Source of the DNA: Pseudomonadota bacterium
Lineage (GTDB): Bacteria; Pseudomonadota; Gammaproteobacteria; Burkholderiales; SG8-39
DNA: 64,000 nucleotides
Direction of reading: 5' to 3'
Assembly: GCA_018241645.1 (NCBI GenBank)
Contig: JAFEDL010000062.1
Location: 1,112 to 65,111 of the forward strand
Part shown: positions 19,497-28,706 of the stretch, one piece after another
How positions within the stretch are numbered: position 1 is the stretch's first letter
Layout of the letters: every line of letters starts with the position of its first letter
Notes under the pieces: model-generated
What the model was told of the DNA's origin: nothing
Databases searched by the model: none
The model's input: only the letters and a program-made list of their open reading frames with translations
Translations under genes and position numbers: made by a program

Positions 19497-19616
19497 GTCG
19501 CTGCCGCCTGAAAAGAGTGGGAAATGGCCAAAAAAGAGGCGGCAAGGATACCAAAACTTGGCTGAATCCCCAAGCATTTCCACGGTTTGCGCGAAGCATC
19601 GCGCGTGCATAAGCAT

Positions 19617-20459
19617 ATGGCGCGGCTGTTGATGCGCCTCGCGGCGCTGCTGCCGCTGCCCCTGCTGCATGCCGCCGGGTGCGCGCTCGGCTGGTTCATG
19701 TATGCCGTGTCGCCGCGCTACCGGGCGCACCTGCGCGAAAACCTCGCGGCGGCGGGATTCGGCGCCGACGCCCGGGTGCGGCGCGAGGCGATCGCCGCGG
19801 CGGGCTGCATGCTGACCGAGTTGCCCGCGCTCTGGCTGCGGCCGCACGCGGCCGTGGCGGGGATGGTCCGCGAGGTCCGCGGCTGGGACCTGGTCACGGA
19901 TGCGCAGGCGGCCGGGCGGGCCATCGTGTTCCTGACCCCGCACCACGGCTGTTTCGAGATCAGCGCGCAGTACGGCGCCTTCCATTTCCCGATGACCATC
20001 ATGTACCGGCCGCCGAAGCTCGGATGGCTCACGCCCTTCATGCGCGCGGGGCGCGAACGGCCCGGCGTGAGGCTGGCCACCGCCGATCGCAGCGGCGTGC
20101 GCGACCTGCTCGCGGCAATCAAGCGGCACGAGGCGATCGGCATCCTGCCCGACCAGGTGCCGGGCACGGGCGAAGGGGAGTGGGCCGAATTCTTCGGCAA
20201 GCCCGCATACACGATGACGCTCGCGCCGCGGCTCGCCGCGCGGGAAAACACCGTGTGCCTGATCGCGTTCGCGCAGCGGCTGCCGTGGGGTCGCGGATAC
20301 ACGCTGTCCATCCGCGCCCTCGGCGAAGGACGGCCGGGCGAAACCGAAGCGCGCCGCCTCAACCGCTCGCTCGAGGACCTGATCCGCGAGTGCCCCGGGC
20401 AGTACCTGTGGGGCTACAACCGCTACAAGACGCCGTCGGGCGCGAGCGGCCCCGCGTGA
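19617..20459 (+). CDS. lipid A biosynthesis lauroyl/myristoyl acyltransferase (LpxL/HtrB family)
   Basis: ORF 19587..20459 trimmed to ATG 19617. PHHGCFE (HX4E-type acyltransferase motif) ...ILPDQ...YLWGYNRYK. Confidence 0.85.
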   Translation: MARLLMRLAALLPLPLLHAAGCALGWFMYAVSPRYRAHLRENLAAAGFGADARVRREAIAAAGCMLTELPALWLRPHAAVAGMVREVRGWDLVTDAQAAGRAIVFLTPHHGCFEISAQYGAFHFPMTIMYRPPKLGWLTPFMRAGRERPGVRLATADRSGVRDLLAAIKRHEAIGILPDQVPGTGEGEWAEFFGKPAYTMTLAPRLAARENTVCLIAFAQRLPWGRGYTLSIRALGEGRPGETEARRLNRSLEDLIRECPGQYLWGYNRYKTPSGASGPA

Positions 20460-20466
20460 GGCTTAC

Positions 20467-21336
20467 GTGAGCAGGCTGGTCTTCGCGCTGATGTGGCTGG
20501 TCCACTGGCTGCCGATGGGCGCGATTGCAGCCGTCGGCAACCTCGTCGGCGACGTGACGTTCTGGCTGATCCCCGAACGGCGCAAGGTCACGCGCATCAA
20601 CCTGGCCAAGTGCTTCCCGCAACTGCCGGCGGCCGAGCGGGAGCGCCTGGCGCGGGCGCATTTCCGCGCCTTCATGCGCAGCTTCGTCGAGCACGCGCTG
20701 CTCTGGTGGGCGCCGCGCGAGCGCATCATGCGGCTGATCCGGGTGGAGGGGCTCGAGCGGCTGCGCGCGCTGGCCGGACAGCCCGTGATCCTGGTGGCGC
20801 CGCATTTCGTCGGGCTGGACGCGGCCTATACGCGGCTCGGATGCGAGATCGAGATCGCCGGGTTGTATGCGCGCCAGAAGAACCCGGTCTACGACCGGCT
20901 GCTGCTGCGCGGGCGCACTCGCTTCGGCCTGTCGAAGGCCATCCCGCGCCAGGACGGCGTGCGCGCCGTGATCGCGTCGATCCGTTCGGGCCTGCCGTTC
21001 TATTACGCGCCGGACCTCGACTTCGGCCGCAAGGATGCGGTGTTCGTGCCCTTTTTCGGCGTGATCGCGGCAACCATCACGGGCGTGTCGCGGCTCGCCA
21101 GGGTGACCGGGGCGAAGGTCATGCCCTGCGTGGCGCGCATGCTCCCGGGAGGCGAGGGGTACGTGGTGACGATCCTGCCGGCCTGGGAGGACTTTCCCAC
21201 GGACGATGTCGAGGCCGACACGCGCCGCGTGAACGCGTTCATCGAGGCGCAGGCGCTCACAATGCCGGAGCAGTACTACTGGGTGCACAAGCGGTTCAAG
21301 ACGCGGCCCGAAGGCGAGACTTCGCCGTATTCCTAG
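20467..21336 (+). CDS. lipid A biosynthesis acyltransferase (second LpxL/LpxM paralogue)
   Basis: GTG start. RKVTRINLAKCFP...APHFVGLD...YAPDLDFG...YYWVHKRFK. Confidence 0.85.
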   Translation: MSRLVFALMWLVHWLPMGAIAAVGNLVGDVTFWLIPERRKVTRINLAKCFPQLPAAERERLARAHFRAFMRSFVEHALLWWAPRERIMRLIRVEGLERLRALAGQPVILVAPHFVGLDAAYTRLGCEIEIAGLYARQKNPVYDRLLLRGRTRFGLSKAIPRQDGVRAVIASIRSGLPFYYAPDLDFGRKDAVFVPFFGVIAATITGVSRLARVTGAKVMPCVARMLPGGEGYVVTILPAWEDFPTDDVEADTRRVNAFIEAQALTMPEQYYWVHKRFKTRPEGETSPYS

Positions 21337-21369
21337 GGCGAAACTTCGCCTTGCCTTTAGAATCCCCCC

Positions 21370-21783
21370 ATGTTCACGAACCCCCCGCCGCAGGCCATCC
21401 GGGCGCTGCTGAAAAACGCGAAGACCATCGCGGTGGTCGGCATTTCGCCGCGGCCGGAGCGGCCCAGCCACCGCATCGCGGCCCGGCTGATCGAATGGGG
21501 CTACCGCGTAATCCCCGTGCGCCCGGCGATCAGCGAGGTGCTCGGCCTGAAGGCCTACGCCCGTCTCTCGGACGTGCCTGAACGCATCGACCTCGTGGAC
21601 GTCTTCCGCAACCCGGAGGACGCCGGCCCCATCGTCGACGAATGCATTGCGCTGAAGCTGCCCGCCGTCTGGCTGCAGGAGGGCGTGATCAACGAGGCCG
21701 CCGCCGGACGGGCGCTGGCCGCGGGCATGACCGTGGTGATGGACCGCTGCATCTCCGTCGAATACCGCAGGCTCGTCGCGTGA
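21370..21783 (+). CDS. CoA-binding protein (YccU-like)
   Basis: [21 protein letters not shown]...IDLVDVFR...VWLQEG. 137 aa. TAGAAT lies 6 nt before the ATG, and there is no SD. Confidence 0.85.
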   Translation: MFTNPPPQAIRALLKNAKTIAVVGISPRPERPSHRIAARLIEWGYRVIPVRPAISEVLGLKAYARLSDVPERIDLVDVFRNPEDAGPIVDECIALKLPAVWLQEGVINEAAAGRALAAGMTVVMDRCISVEYRRLVA

Positions 21784-22610
21784 AAATCCAGTTCACCAAG
21801 ATGCAGGGCGCGGGCAACGACTTCGTGGTGTTCGACGCCACGTCCGCGCCGTTCGGCCTCAGCAGCGCGCAACTGAAGGCCGTCGCCGACCGGCATTTCG
21901 GGGTCGGCTGCGACCAGATCCTGGTGGTGGAAAGGCCTTCCGGCACGGAGGCCGACTTCCGTTACCGCATCTTCAATGCCGACGGCGGGGAGGTCGAGCA
22001 GTGCGGCAACGGCGCGCGCTGCTTCGTGAAGTTCGTGCACCAGCGCGGCCTGACCGCCAGGAGGCAGATCCGCGTCGAGACGCTGTCCGGGATCATCGAA
22101 CCGCGGCTCGAGGACGACGGCGAAGTGACCGTGAACATGGGCGCACCGGTGTTCGACCTGCCGAAGGTGCCATTCACCGCGCAGCAGCCGGGCCTGGTGC
22201 ATGCCATCGACCTGGCCGGCCGCCCGGTCGAGGTCGCCGTCCTGTCGATGGGCAACCCGCACGCGGTCCAGGTGGTGCCCGACGTCGACGCCGCGCCGGT
22301 GGGCACGCAGGGCCCGCAGATCGAGCGCCATCCCCGGTTCCCGAAGCGCGTCAATGCCGGCTACATGCAGGTCGTCGACCGGCATTCGATCCGCCTGCGG
22401 GTCTACGAGCGCGGGGCGGGCGAAACGCTCGCCTGCGGCACGGGCGCCTGCGCGGCCGTGGTGTCAGGAATCGCGCGCGGCCTCATCGACTCGCCCGTCG
22501 CGGTGGAAACCCGCGGCGGGCGATTGACCATAGCTTGGGCGGGCGGCGACAATCCGGTATGGATGAAGGGCCCCGCCATCTCCGTATTCGAGGGAACCAT
22601 TGAACTCTGA
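21780..22610 (+). CDS. dapF: diaminopimelate epimerase
   Basis: GTG 21780 overlaps the upstream stop (GTGA). (V)[18 protein letters not shown]...[10 protein letters not shown]...ACGTGACAA, with both catalytic Cys motifs. Confidence 0.95.
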   Translation: MKIQFTKMQGAGNDFVVFDATSAPFGLSSAQLKAVADRHFGVGCDQILVVERPSGTEADFRYRIFNADGGEVEQCGNGARCFVKFVHQRGLTARRQIRVETLSGIIEPRLEDDGEVTVNMGAPVFDLPKVPFTAQQPGLVHAIDLAGRPVEVAVLSMGNPHAVQVVPDVDAAPVGTQGPQIERHPRFPKRVNAGYMQVVDRHSIRLRVYERGAGETLACGTGACAAVVSGIARGLIDSPVAVETRGGRLTIAWAGGDNPVWMKGPAISVFEGTIEL

Positions 22611-23268
22611 CGAAGCAGAGCAGTACCTGAAGGACAACCCGGAGAAATTCGCGCAGCTCTTCGCGCAGCTCCTCGAGCGCCAGCCGGCGCTGCTCGAATC
22701 GATGCAGGTGCCGCACCCCTACGGCGGGCACGCGATCCCGCTGTCGGAACGGCAGACGCTCGGCCTGCGCGAGAAGGTCAAGCTGCTGGAAGGCAAGCTC
22801 GCCGAGCTGATCCAGTTCGGCGAGGAAAACGACGCGATCAGCGAGAAGGTCCACCGCGTGTCCTCCGCGCTGATGGGCGCGAAGAATTTCGCCGCGGTGG
22901 TGCACGCGCTCTACTTCCACCTGCGCGAGGATTTCGCGGTCCCCCACGTGGCGCTGCGCCTGTGGGGCCAGTCGCTGCTCGACGGCACGCTCGAGGGCGC
23001 GCCGGTCACGGACGAGCAGCGCGCCCTGGTGGACACGATGGGCGCGCCGCAGTGCGGCCCCGCCGATGGGAGCCCGTTCCTGCCGTGGTTCCGCGAATCG
23101 GCCGAGCATGTGCGCTCGATCGCCCTGATCCCGCTCGGCGCGACCAAGGCCTTCGGCATGCTGGCGCTGGGCAGCGAGGATCCCCGGCGCTTCTATCCCG
23201 AGATGGGCACGCTCTACCTGCGCCGCATCGGGGAACTCGCGGCGGCGGCGTTGTCATCGAGATTGTGA
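22600..23268 (+). CDS. DUF484 family protein (YigA-like)
   Basis: TTG start with an 11-nt overlap onto dap[15 protein letters not shown]...coiled segment...GAF-like C-terminus. Conserved dapF-yigA-xerC gene order. Confidence 0.8.
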   Translation: MNSDEAEQYLKDNPEKFAQLFAQLLERQPALLESMQVPHPYGGHAIPLSERQTLGLREKVKLLEGKLAELIQFGEENDAISEKVHRVSSALMGAKNFAAVVHALYFHLREDFAVPHVALRLWGQSLLDGTLEGAPVTDEQRALVDTMGAPQCGPADGSPFLPWFRESAEHVRSIALIPLGATKAFGMLALGSEDPRRFYPEMGTLYLRRIGELAAAALSSRL

Positions 23269-24194
23269 CGGCGGCCGGCGTGGCGGAGCAGGGCACCACG
23301 CACCCCGACGCAGGCCTCGTCCGGGAGTACCTCCAGTCCCTCGCCCACCAGCGGCACCTCGCCCCGGTGTCGATCACCAACTACGCGCGCAGCCTCGCGC
23401 GGCTGCTCGAGCTCCTCGGCGCCGCCCGGCTGAAGACGCTCGACAGCGCGCAGGTCCGCCGTTCCATCGCGCGGCTGCATTCCAAGGGCCTTTCACCGCG
23501 GGCGCTGGCCAACATGCTCTCGGCCTGGCGCGGCCTGTTCCATTGGCTGGTGCGGCAGAAGGGGTACGCGGCCAACCCCTGCCAGGGCGTGCGGGCGGCA
23601 AAGTCGCCGCGCACGTTGCCCAAGGCCCTGTCGGTCGAAGCCGCGCAGCGCCTGCTCGAGGCGGTGCCCGGCGACACCGTGGAGCTGGTGCGCGACCAGG
23701 CCATGTTCGAACTGATGTATTCCTCGGGCCTGCGGCGCGCGGAGCTGCTTTCGCTCGACTGGGGCGACGGGCGGCTGGACCTCAACGAAGGCCTCGTCAC
23801 CGTCACCGGCAAGGGCAGCAAGACGCGCACCATTCCGGTCGGATCGAAGGCACGCACGGCACTGGCCGCATGGCTCGCGGTGCGGGCGCAGCTCGCCGCC
23901 CCGGACGAGAAGGCGTTGTTCGTCGGCGCGCGGGGCCGGCGGCTCTCGGCTTCCACGCTGGCCGTGCGCCTCGACATGTGGGCCCGGGCGCGCGGCGCGG
24001 ACGGGCGCGTCCACCCGCACATGCTGCGCCACTCGTTCGCGAGCCACGTGCTGCAGTCCTCGCAGGACCTGAGGGCGGTGCAGGAGATGCTCGGCCACTC
24101 GAGCATTTCCACCACGCAGATCTACACCCACCTGAATTTCCAGGCCCTGGCCAAGGTCTACGACAAGGCCCATCCGCGCGCGAGGAAGAAATGA
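23265..24194 (+). CDS. xerC: tyrosine recombinase XerC
   Basis: GTG 23265 overlaps the DUF484 stop. Catalytic R...HMLRHSFASH...LGHSSISTTQIYTH motifs. Housekeeping context, not an integrase island. Confidence 0.9.
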   Translation: MTAAGVAEQGTTHPDAGLVREYLQSLAHQRHLAPVSITNYARSLARLLELLGAARLKTLDSAQVRRSIARLHSKGLSPRALANMLSAWRGLFHWLVRQKGYAANPCQGVRAAKSPRTLPKALSVEAAQRLLEAVPGDTVELVRDQAMFELMYSSGLRRAELLSLDWGDGRLDLNEGLVTVTGKGSKTRTIPVGSKARTALAAWLAVRAQLAAPDEKALFVGARGRRLSASTLAVRLDMWARARGADGRVHPHMLRHSFASHVLQSSQDLRAVQEMLGHSSISTTQIYTHLNFQALAKVYDKAHPRARKK

Positions 24195-24754
24195 GCCCGG
24201 AAGGTGCGCGCAATGTGCCGCGTTCCCCGGGCGAGCTGTTCTACGCCTTCATGAAGCTCGGCCTGCAGGGCTTCGGCGGCGTGCTGCCCGTGGCGCGGCA
24301 CACCCTGGTCGACAGCTATCGCTGGCTCAGCATGGACGAGTTCACCGACATCGTCTCGCGCTGCCAGGCGCTCCCGGGGCCGAACATCGTCAACGTCTCG
24401 ATCTGCATCGGCGCGCGGCATTTCGGCGCGCGCGGTGCGCTGGCCGCGTGCGGCGGGATCCTCGCCGTCCCGTTCGTGATGGTGCTGATGCTCGGGGTGC
24501 TCTATTCGGGCTACGCGCAGCTGCCGGCGGTGGCCGCGGCCCTGCGCGGCGTGTCGGCGGTGGCGGCCGGCCTCATCATCGCTACCGCGCTGCGCATGGC
24601 CGGCTCGAAGCGCCTGCGCTCGTGGCGCGCCGCGTTCGGCATCGCCGCGTTCGCCGCGGTGTCCGTGCTGCGCCTGCCGCTGGCGTTGGTGCTTGCGGTC
24701 GCCGTGCCGCTGTCGATCGCCGCGGCCTGGTTCGGCCGGAAGGCGGCGCCGTGA
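24191..24754 (+). CDS. chrA: chromate transporter family protein, short-chain CHR (half 1)
   Basis: ATG overlaps the xerC stop. FMKLGLQGFGGVLPVARHTLVDSYRWLSMDEFTD...ALPGPNIVN. Confidence 0.85.
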   Translation: MSPEGARNVPRSPGELFYAFMKLGLQGFGGVLPVARHTLVDSYRWLSMDEFTDIVSRCQALPGPNIVNVSICIGARHFGARGALAACGGILAVPFVMVLMLGVLYSGYAQLPAVAAALRGVSAVAAGLIIATALRMAGSKRLRSWRAAFGIAAFAAVSVLRLPLALVLAVAVPLSIAAAWFGRKAAP

Positions 24755-25278
24755 TCGAACGCCTCGGGATCCTTGCCGCGGACTTTGCGATGCTCTCTCT
24801 GCTTTCGGTGGGCGGCGCCGTCTCGGTGCTGCCGGAAATGCACCGCAGCCTCGTCGACGTGCACGGCTGGATGAGCAGCCGCGAGTTCAGCGACCTGTTC
24901 GCGCTTGCGCAGGCCGCGCCCGGTCCCAACGTGCTGGTGGTCAGCCTGTTCGGCTGGCAGGCGGCGGGCATGGCGGGTGCGGTGGTGACCACGCTGGCCA
25001 TGATCCTGCCCTCGAGCCTGCTCACCTATTACGCGGACCGCCTGCTGTGGAGGCGCGCAGGCGCGGCGGGCTGGCGCGAAATAATAGACAACGGCCTTGC
25101 CCCGATCACCGTGGGCCTGGTGCTGGCCTCCGGCGTGCTGCTGGCCGGCGCGAACATCAGCAACATCCCCGCCATGGCCTGCACGGCTGCGGCGGCGCTG
25201 ATCGCCTGGCGCACCAGGGTGCATCCGCTTTGGCTGATCGCGGCCGGCGCCCTTGCCGGCATTGCGGGGATCGTATGA
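24751..25278 (+). CDS. chrA: chromate transporter family protein, short-chain CHR (half 2)
   Basis: GTG overlaps the upstream stop. SLLSVGGAVSVLPEMHRSLVDVHGWMSSREFSDLFALAQAAPGPNVL. Confidence 0.85.
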   Translation: MIERLGILAADFAMLSLLSVGGAVSVLPEMHRSLVDVHGWMSSREFSDLFALAQAAPGPNVLVVSLFGWQAAGMAGAVVTTLAMILPSSLLTYYADRLLWRRAGAAGWREIIDNGLAPITVGLVLASGVLLAGANISNIPAMACTAAAALIAWRTRVHPLWLIAAGALAGIAGIV

Positions 25279-26480
25279 ACGCGAAAGCGGCCGCGCCGGT
25301 GATCGTGCTGAAGGCGGGGCGCGAGAAATCCATCCGGCGCCGCCATCCGTGGGTGTTCTCCGGCGCGATCGAGAAAGTGCTCGGCGATCCGCAGGGCGGG
25401 GATACCGTGCTGGTGCGCAGCGCCGAGGGCCAGCAGCTCGGCCTCGCGGCCTACAGCCCGCAGTCGCAGATCCGCGGGCGGATGTGGACTTACGACGCCT
25501 CGGCAAGCGTCGATGCTGCTTTCCTGCGCAATCGCCTGAAATGCGCGCTCGACATGCGCGAGCGGCTGCCGCTCGGGCAGCACACCAATGCGATGCGCCT
25601 CGTGCACAGCGAGTCCGACGGCCTGCCCGGCTTGATAGTCGACCGCTACGCAGACGTGCTGGTGGCGCAGTTCCTGTCCGCCGGCATGGAGCGCTGGCGC
25701 GAGGACATCCTCGACGCGCTGGTCGAGCTCACGAAATGCGAGGCGGTGTTCGAGCGATCCGATGCCGAGGTGCGCACGCTGGAGGGATTGCCCGAGCGCG
25801 CGGGATTCGTGCGGGGAAACCGCGACGCCTCACGCTGCGCGATCAGCGAACACGGGCTCGTGTTTCGCGTCGACGTGGCGGCGGGGCAGAAGACCGGGTT
25901 CTTCCTCGACCAGCGCGCCAACCGCCTGCGGGTCCGCGAGCTCTCGGCGGGCCGCGAGGTGCTGGATTGCTTTTGCTACAGCGGCGGCTTTGCGATCTCG
26001 TCGCTTGCGGGCGGCGCGAAGCAGGTCACAGCCATCGACAGTTCGGAGACCGCGATCAAGGTGGCGCGGGAGAACCTGAAATCCAATGCGCTCGACGCCT
26101 CCCGCCTCGTGTTCAAGGAGGCGGACGTGTTCCTGCACCTGCGCGAGCTGCGCAACCGCGGCGCGAAGTTCGACCTAATCGTGCTCGACCCGCCGAAATT
26201 CGCGCCCACCGCGGCCCAGGTGGAAAACGCCTCGCGCGCCTACAAGGACATCAACCTGCTGGCGCTCAAGCTCCTGTCGCCCGGCGGGCTGCTCGCCACG
26301 TTCTCGTGCTCAGGCGGGATCTCGGCGGACCTGTTCCAGAAGATCATCGCCGGCGCGGCGCTCGACGCGGGCGCGGATGCGAAGATCATCGAGCGCTTCG
26401 GCCCGGCGGCCGATCACCCCGTGGCGCTCGAATTCCCGGAAGGCGACTACCTCAAGGGCCTGCTCGTCTACCGGGCCTGA
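25275..26480 (+). CDS. rlmI: class I SAM-dependent 23S rRNA (cytosine-C5) methyltransferase, RlmI-like
   Basis: ATG overlaps the upstream stop. LKAGREKSIRRRHPWVFSGAI (PUA-like domain) ...QKTGFFLDQR...LDCFCYSGGF...IVLDPPKF. Confidence 0.88.
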   Translation: MNAKAAAPVIVLKAGREKSIRRRHPWVFSGAIEKVLGDPQGGDTVLVRSAEGQQLGLAAYSPQSQIRGRMWTYDASASVDAAFLRNRLKCALDMRERLPLGQHTNAMRLVHSESDGLPGLIVDRYADVLVAQFLSAGMERWREDILDALVELTKCEAVFERSDAEVRTLEGLPERAGFVRGNRDASRCAISEHGLVFRVDVAAGQKTGFFLDQRANRLRVRELSAGREVLDCFCYSGGFAISSLAGGAKQVTAIDSSETAIKVARENLKSNALDASRLVFKEADVFLHLRELRNRGAKFDLIVLDPPKFAPTAAQVENASRAYKDINLLALKLLSPGGLLATFSCSGGISADLFQKIIAGAALDAGADAKIIERFGPAADHPVALEFPEGDYLKGLLVYRA

Positions 26481-27157
26481 GCCCACGGCGCGCGCCGGCC
26501 CACGGCCTGCTCGAGCCGGTCCATCTCCTCATCCGTGTGCGTCTGGAAGGTCGATGGGAGGAACAGTTCACCGTCCTTGGGCTGCTTGAGGATCATTCGC
26601 GGGTTGTTGTGGTGCGTGGCGACGATGCTCTCGCGATCGCTTGGATTGGCGTTGGCCTGCAGGTCCACGGTTCCGTAGCAGCTGCAGAAGTAGGTGCCTT
26701 CGGGATGGGCCTCCATGTAGACGCCGGTGCCCCGGATGCCGGCGGTCACCGTGGCAGCCACGATGTTGACCTTGCCGGTCTGGCGCTTGCCGAACACCGC
26801 GCCGAGCGCGCCGGAAATCAGGCGCAGCCCCGTGACCAGGCGGCTTTCCTGCGGATTCGGCTCCAGGCGCAGTTCGCCGCGCTCGCGCAACATGAATGCG
26901 TCCTGGCCGACCGTAAACATCAGGAAGCTTCCTTGGCCGGTAGCGACGGTGTCGCCCAGGCGGATGACCGTACCCCGGTCTGCACGCTTCCCGTTGACGA
27001 GGACTTCCCCGCGCATTTCGCGGATGCCTCCTTCCGCAGCTTCTGCGCCCAGGGGCAGCCATACCCCGGCCGCGGTTGTGGCCAACAGGGCGGCCGAACC
27101 GGACAGGAAGCCGCGGCGGGTAAGGGCAGTAGCGAGGTAAGGGCTTGAATCCTTCAT
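26468..27157 (-). CDS. Tat-signal periplasmic FecR-domain protein
   Basis: C-terminal 229 codons of ORF 26468..28777. ATG 27157 is preceded by GGAGGA. LTRRGFLSGSAALLATTAAG is a twin-arginine signal. IREMRGEVLVNGKRADRGTVIRLGDTVATGQGS...IRGTG is FecR-like. Confidence 0.65.
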   Translation of the reverse strand: MKDSSPYLATALTRRGFLSGSAALLATTAAGVWLPLGAEAAEGGIREMRGEVLVNGKRADRGTVIRLGDTVATGQGSFLMFTVGQDAFMLRERGELRLEPNPQESRLVTGLRLISGALGAVFGKRQTGKVNIVAATVTAGIRGTGVYMEAHPEGTYFCSCYGTVDLQANANPSDRESIVATHHNNPRMILKQPKDGELFLPSTFQTHTDEEMDRLEQAVGRRAPWAQAR

Positions 27158-27268
27158 GTCGTCCTCCATATGCAGTTGCGGATTTGTCGGGCGGCCGATC
27201 GGTTCCTTACAGGCCCGCCCACGGAGTAGAATCCGCCCTCCCCGGCACCGCAGCACCCAGGAGTAGCC

Positions 27269-28255
<987 letters not shown>

Positions 28256-28300
28256 CGCCCCGTCCCAAGGGGCATTCGACCGGGCGTGTATGATTCCCGC

Positions 28301-28624
28301 ATGGGCAAGCCCCTCTTCCTGAGACTGCTCCTTGCGTTCGCACTGGCCTTTTCCGGCAGCGCGGCGCAGCTGCATTCCCTCGCCCATGCGCAGTCCGACC
28401 TCGCGTCGGCCTCCGGCGCGCTCGGCGGCAAGGCGCCCGCGCCCCTCAAGCACTCGACCGAGCAGTGCCTCGTCGTCCATGCCCTGGACGGGACGGCTCC
28501 CGAATCCGGCGCTTTCCTGGTCGCCGGCGATGTCTCCCAGCACATAGTCCTCCCCGCGGCCGTACGCATCGGCGCAGCCCCTGCGCTCGCGTTCCGCTCG
28601 CGCGCGCCGCCCCTCTCCGCCTAG
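28301..28624 (+). CDS. hypothetical small secreted protein (107 aa)
   Basis: ORF 28286..28624 trimmed to ATG 28301. MGKPLFLRLLLAFALAFSGSAAQLHSLAHAQ looks like a signal peptide. Strong GC3 codon bias supports coding. I recognise no family. Confidence 0.55.
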   Translation: MGKPLFLRLLLAFALAFSGSAAQLHSLAHAQSDLASASGALGGKAPAPLKHSTEQCLVVHALDGTAPESGAFLVAGDVSQHIVLPAAVRIGAAPALAFRSRAPPLSA

Positions 28625-28636
28625 TTTTCCGTGCAC

Positions 28637-28681
28637 CGGCCGCGCATGCGCGGCCGTATTTCGCGCTTCCGCGTGAAGCGC
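28637..28681. repeat. perfect 20-bp palindrome CGGCCGCGCATGCGCGGCCG followed by a second hairpin GCGCTTC-N5-GAAGCGC
   Basis: Read directly from the sequence, in the intergenic space between the small ORF and the outer-membrane barrel gene. Confidence 0.6.
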
Positions 28682-28706
28682 ATTGCCATGGATTCGAGGA
28701 GGGAAC

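Noticed and set aside
23265-24194. Tyrosine recombinase as a possible integrase marking a genomic island.
   Set aside because: The classical dapF-DUF484-xerC housekeeping synteny and the XerC-type motifs argue against it. There is no flanking tRNA, direct repeats, phage or transposon genes, and no compositional shift.
24191-25278. Split chrA as a pseudogene.
   Set aside because: Both halves have intact CHR signatures and a clean GTGA translational-coupling junction, consistent with the known short-chain CHR pair organisation.
27158-27268. Search for a Zur box (TGTTATA...TATAACA-type palindrome) in front of the COG0523 gene; the stretches 28256-28300, 28625-28706 and 30129-30137 were also scanned.
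   Set aside because: No AT-rich palindrome of that type is visible. Zinc regulation of the cluster therefore remains an assumption from gene content only.
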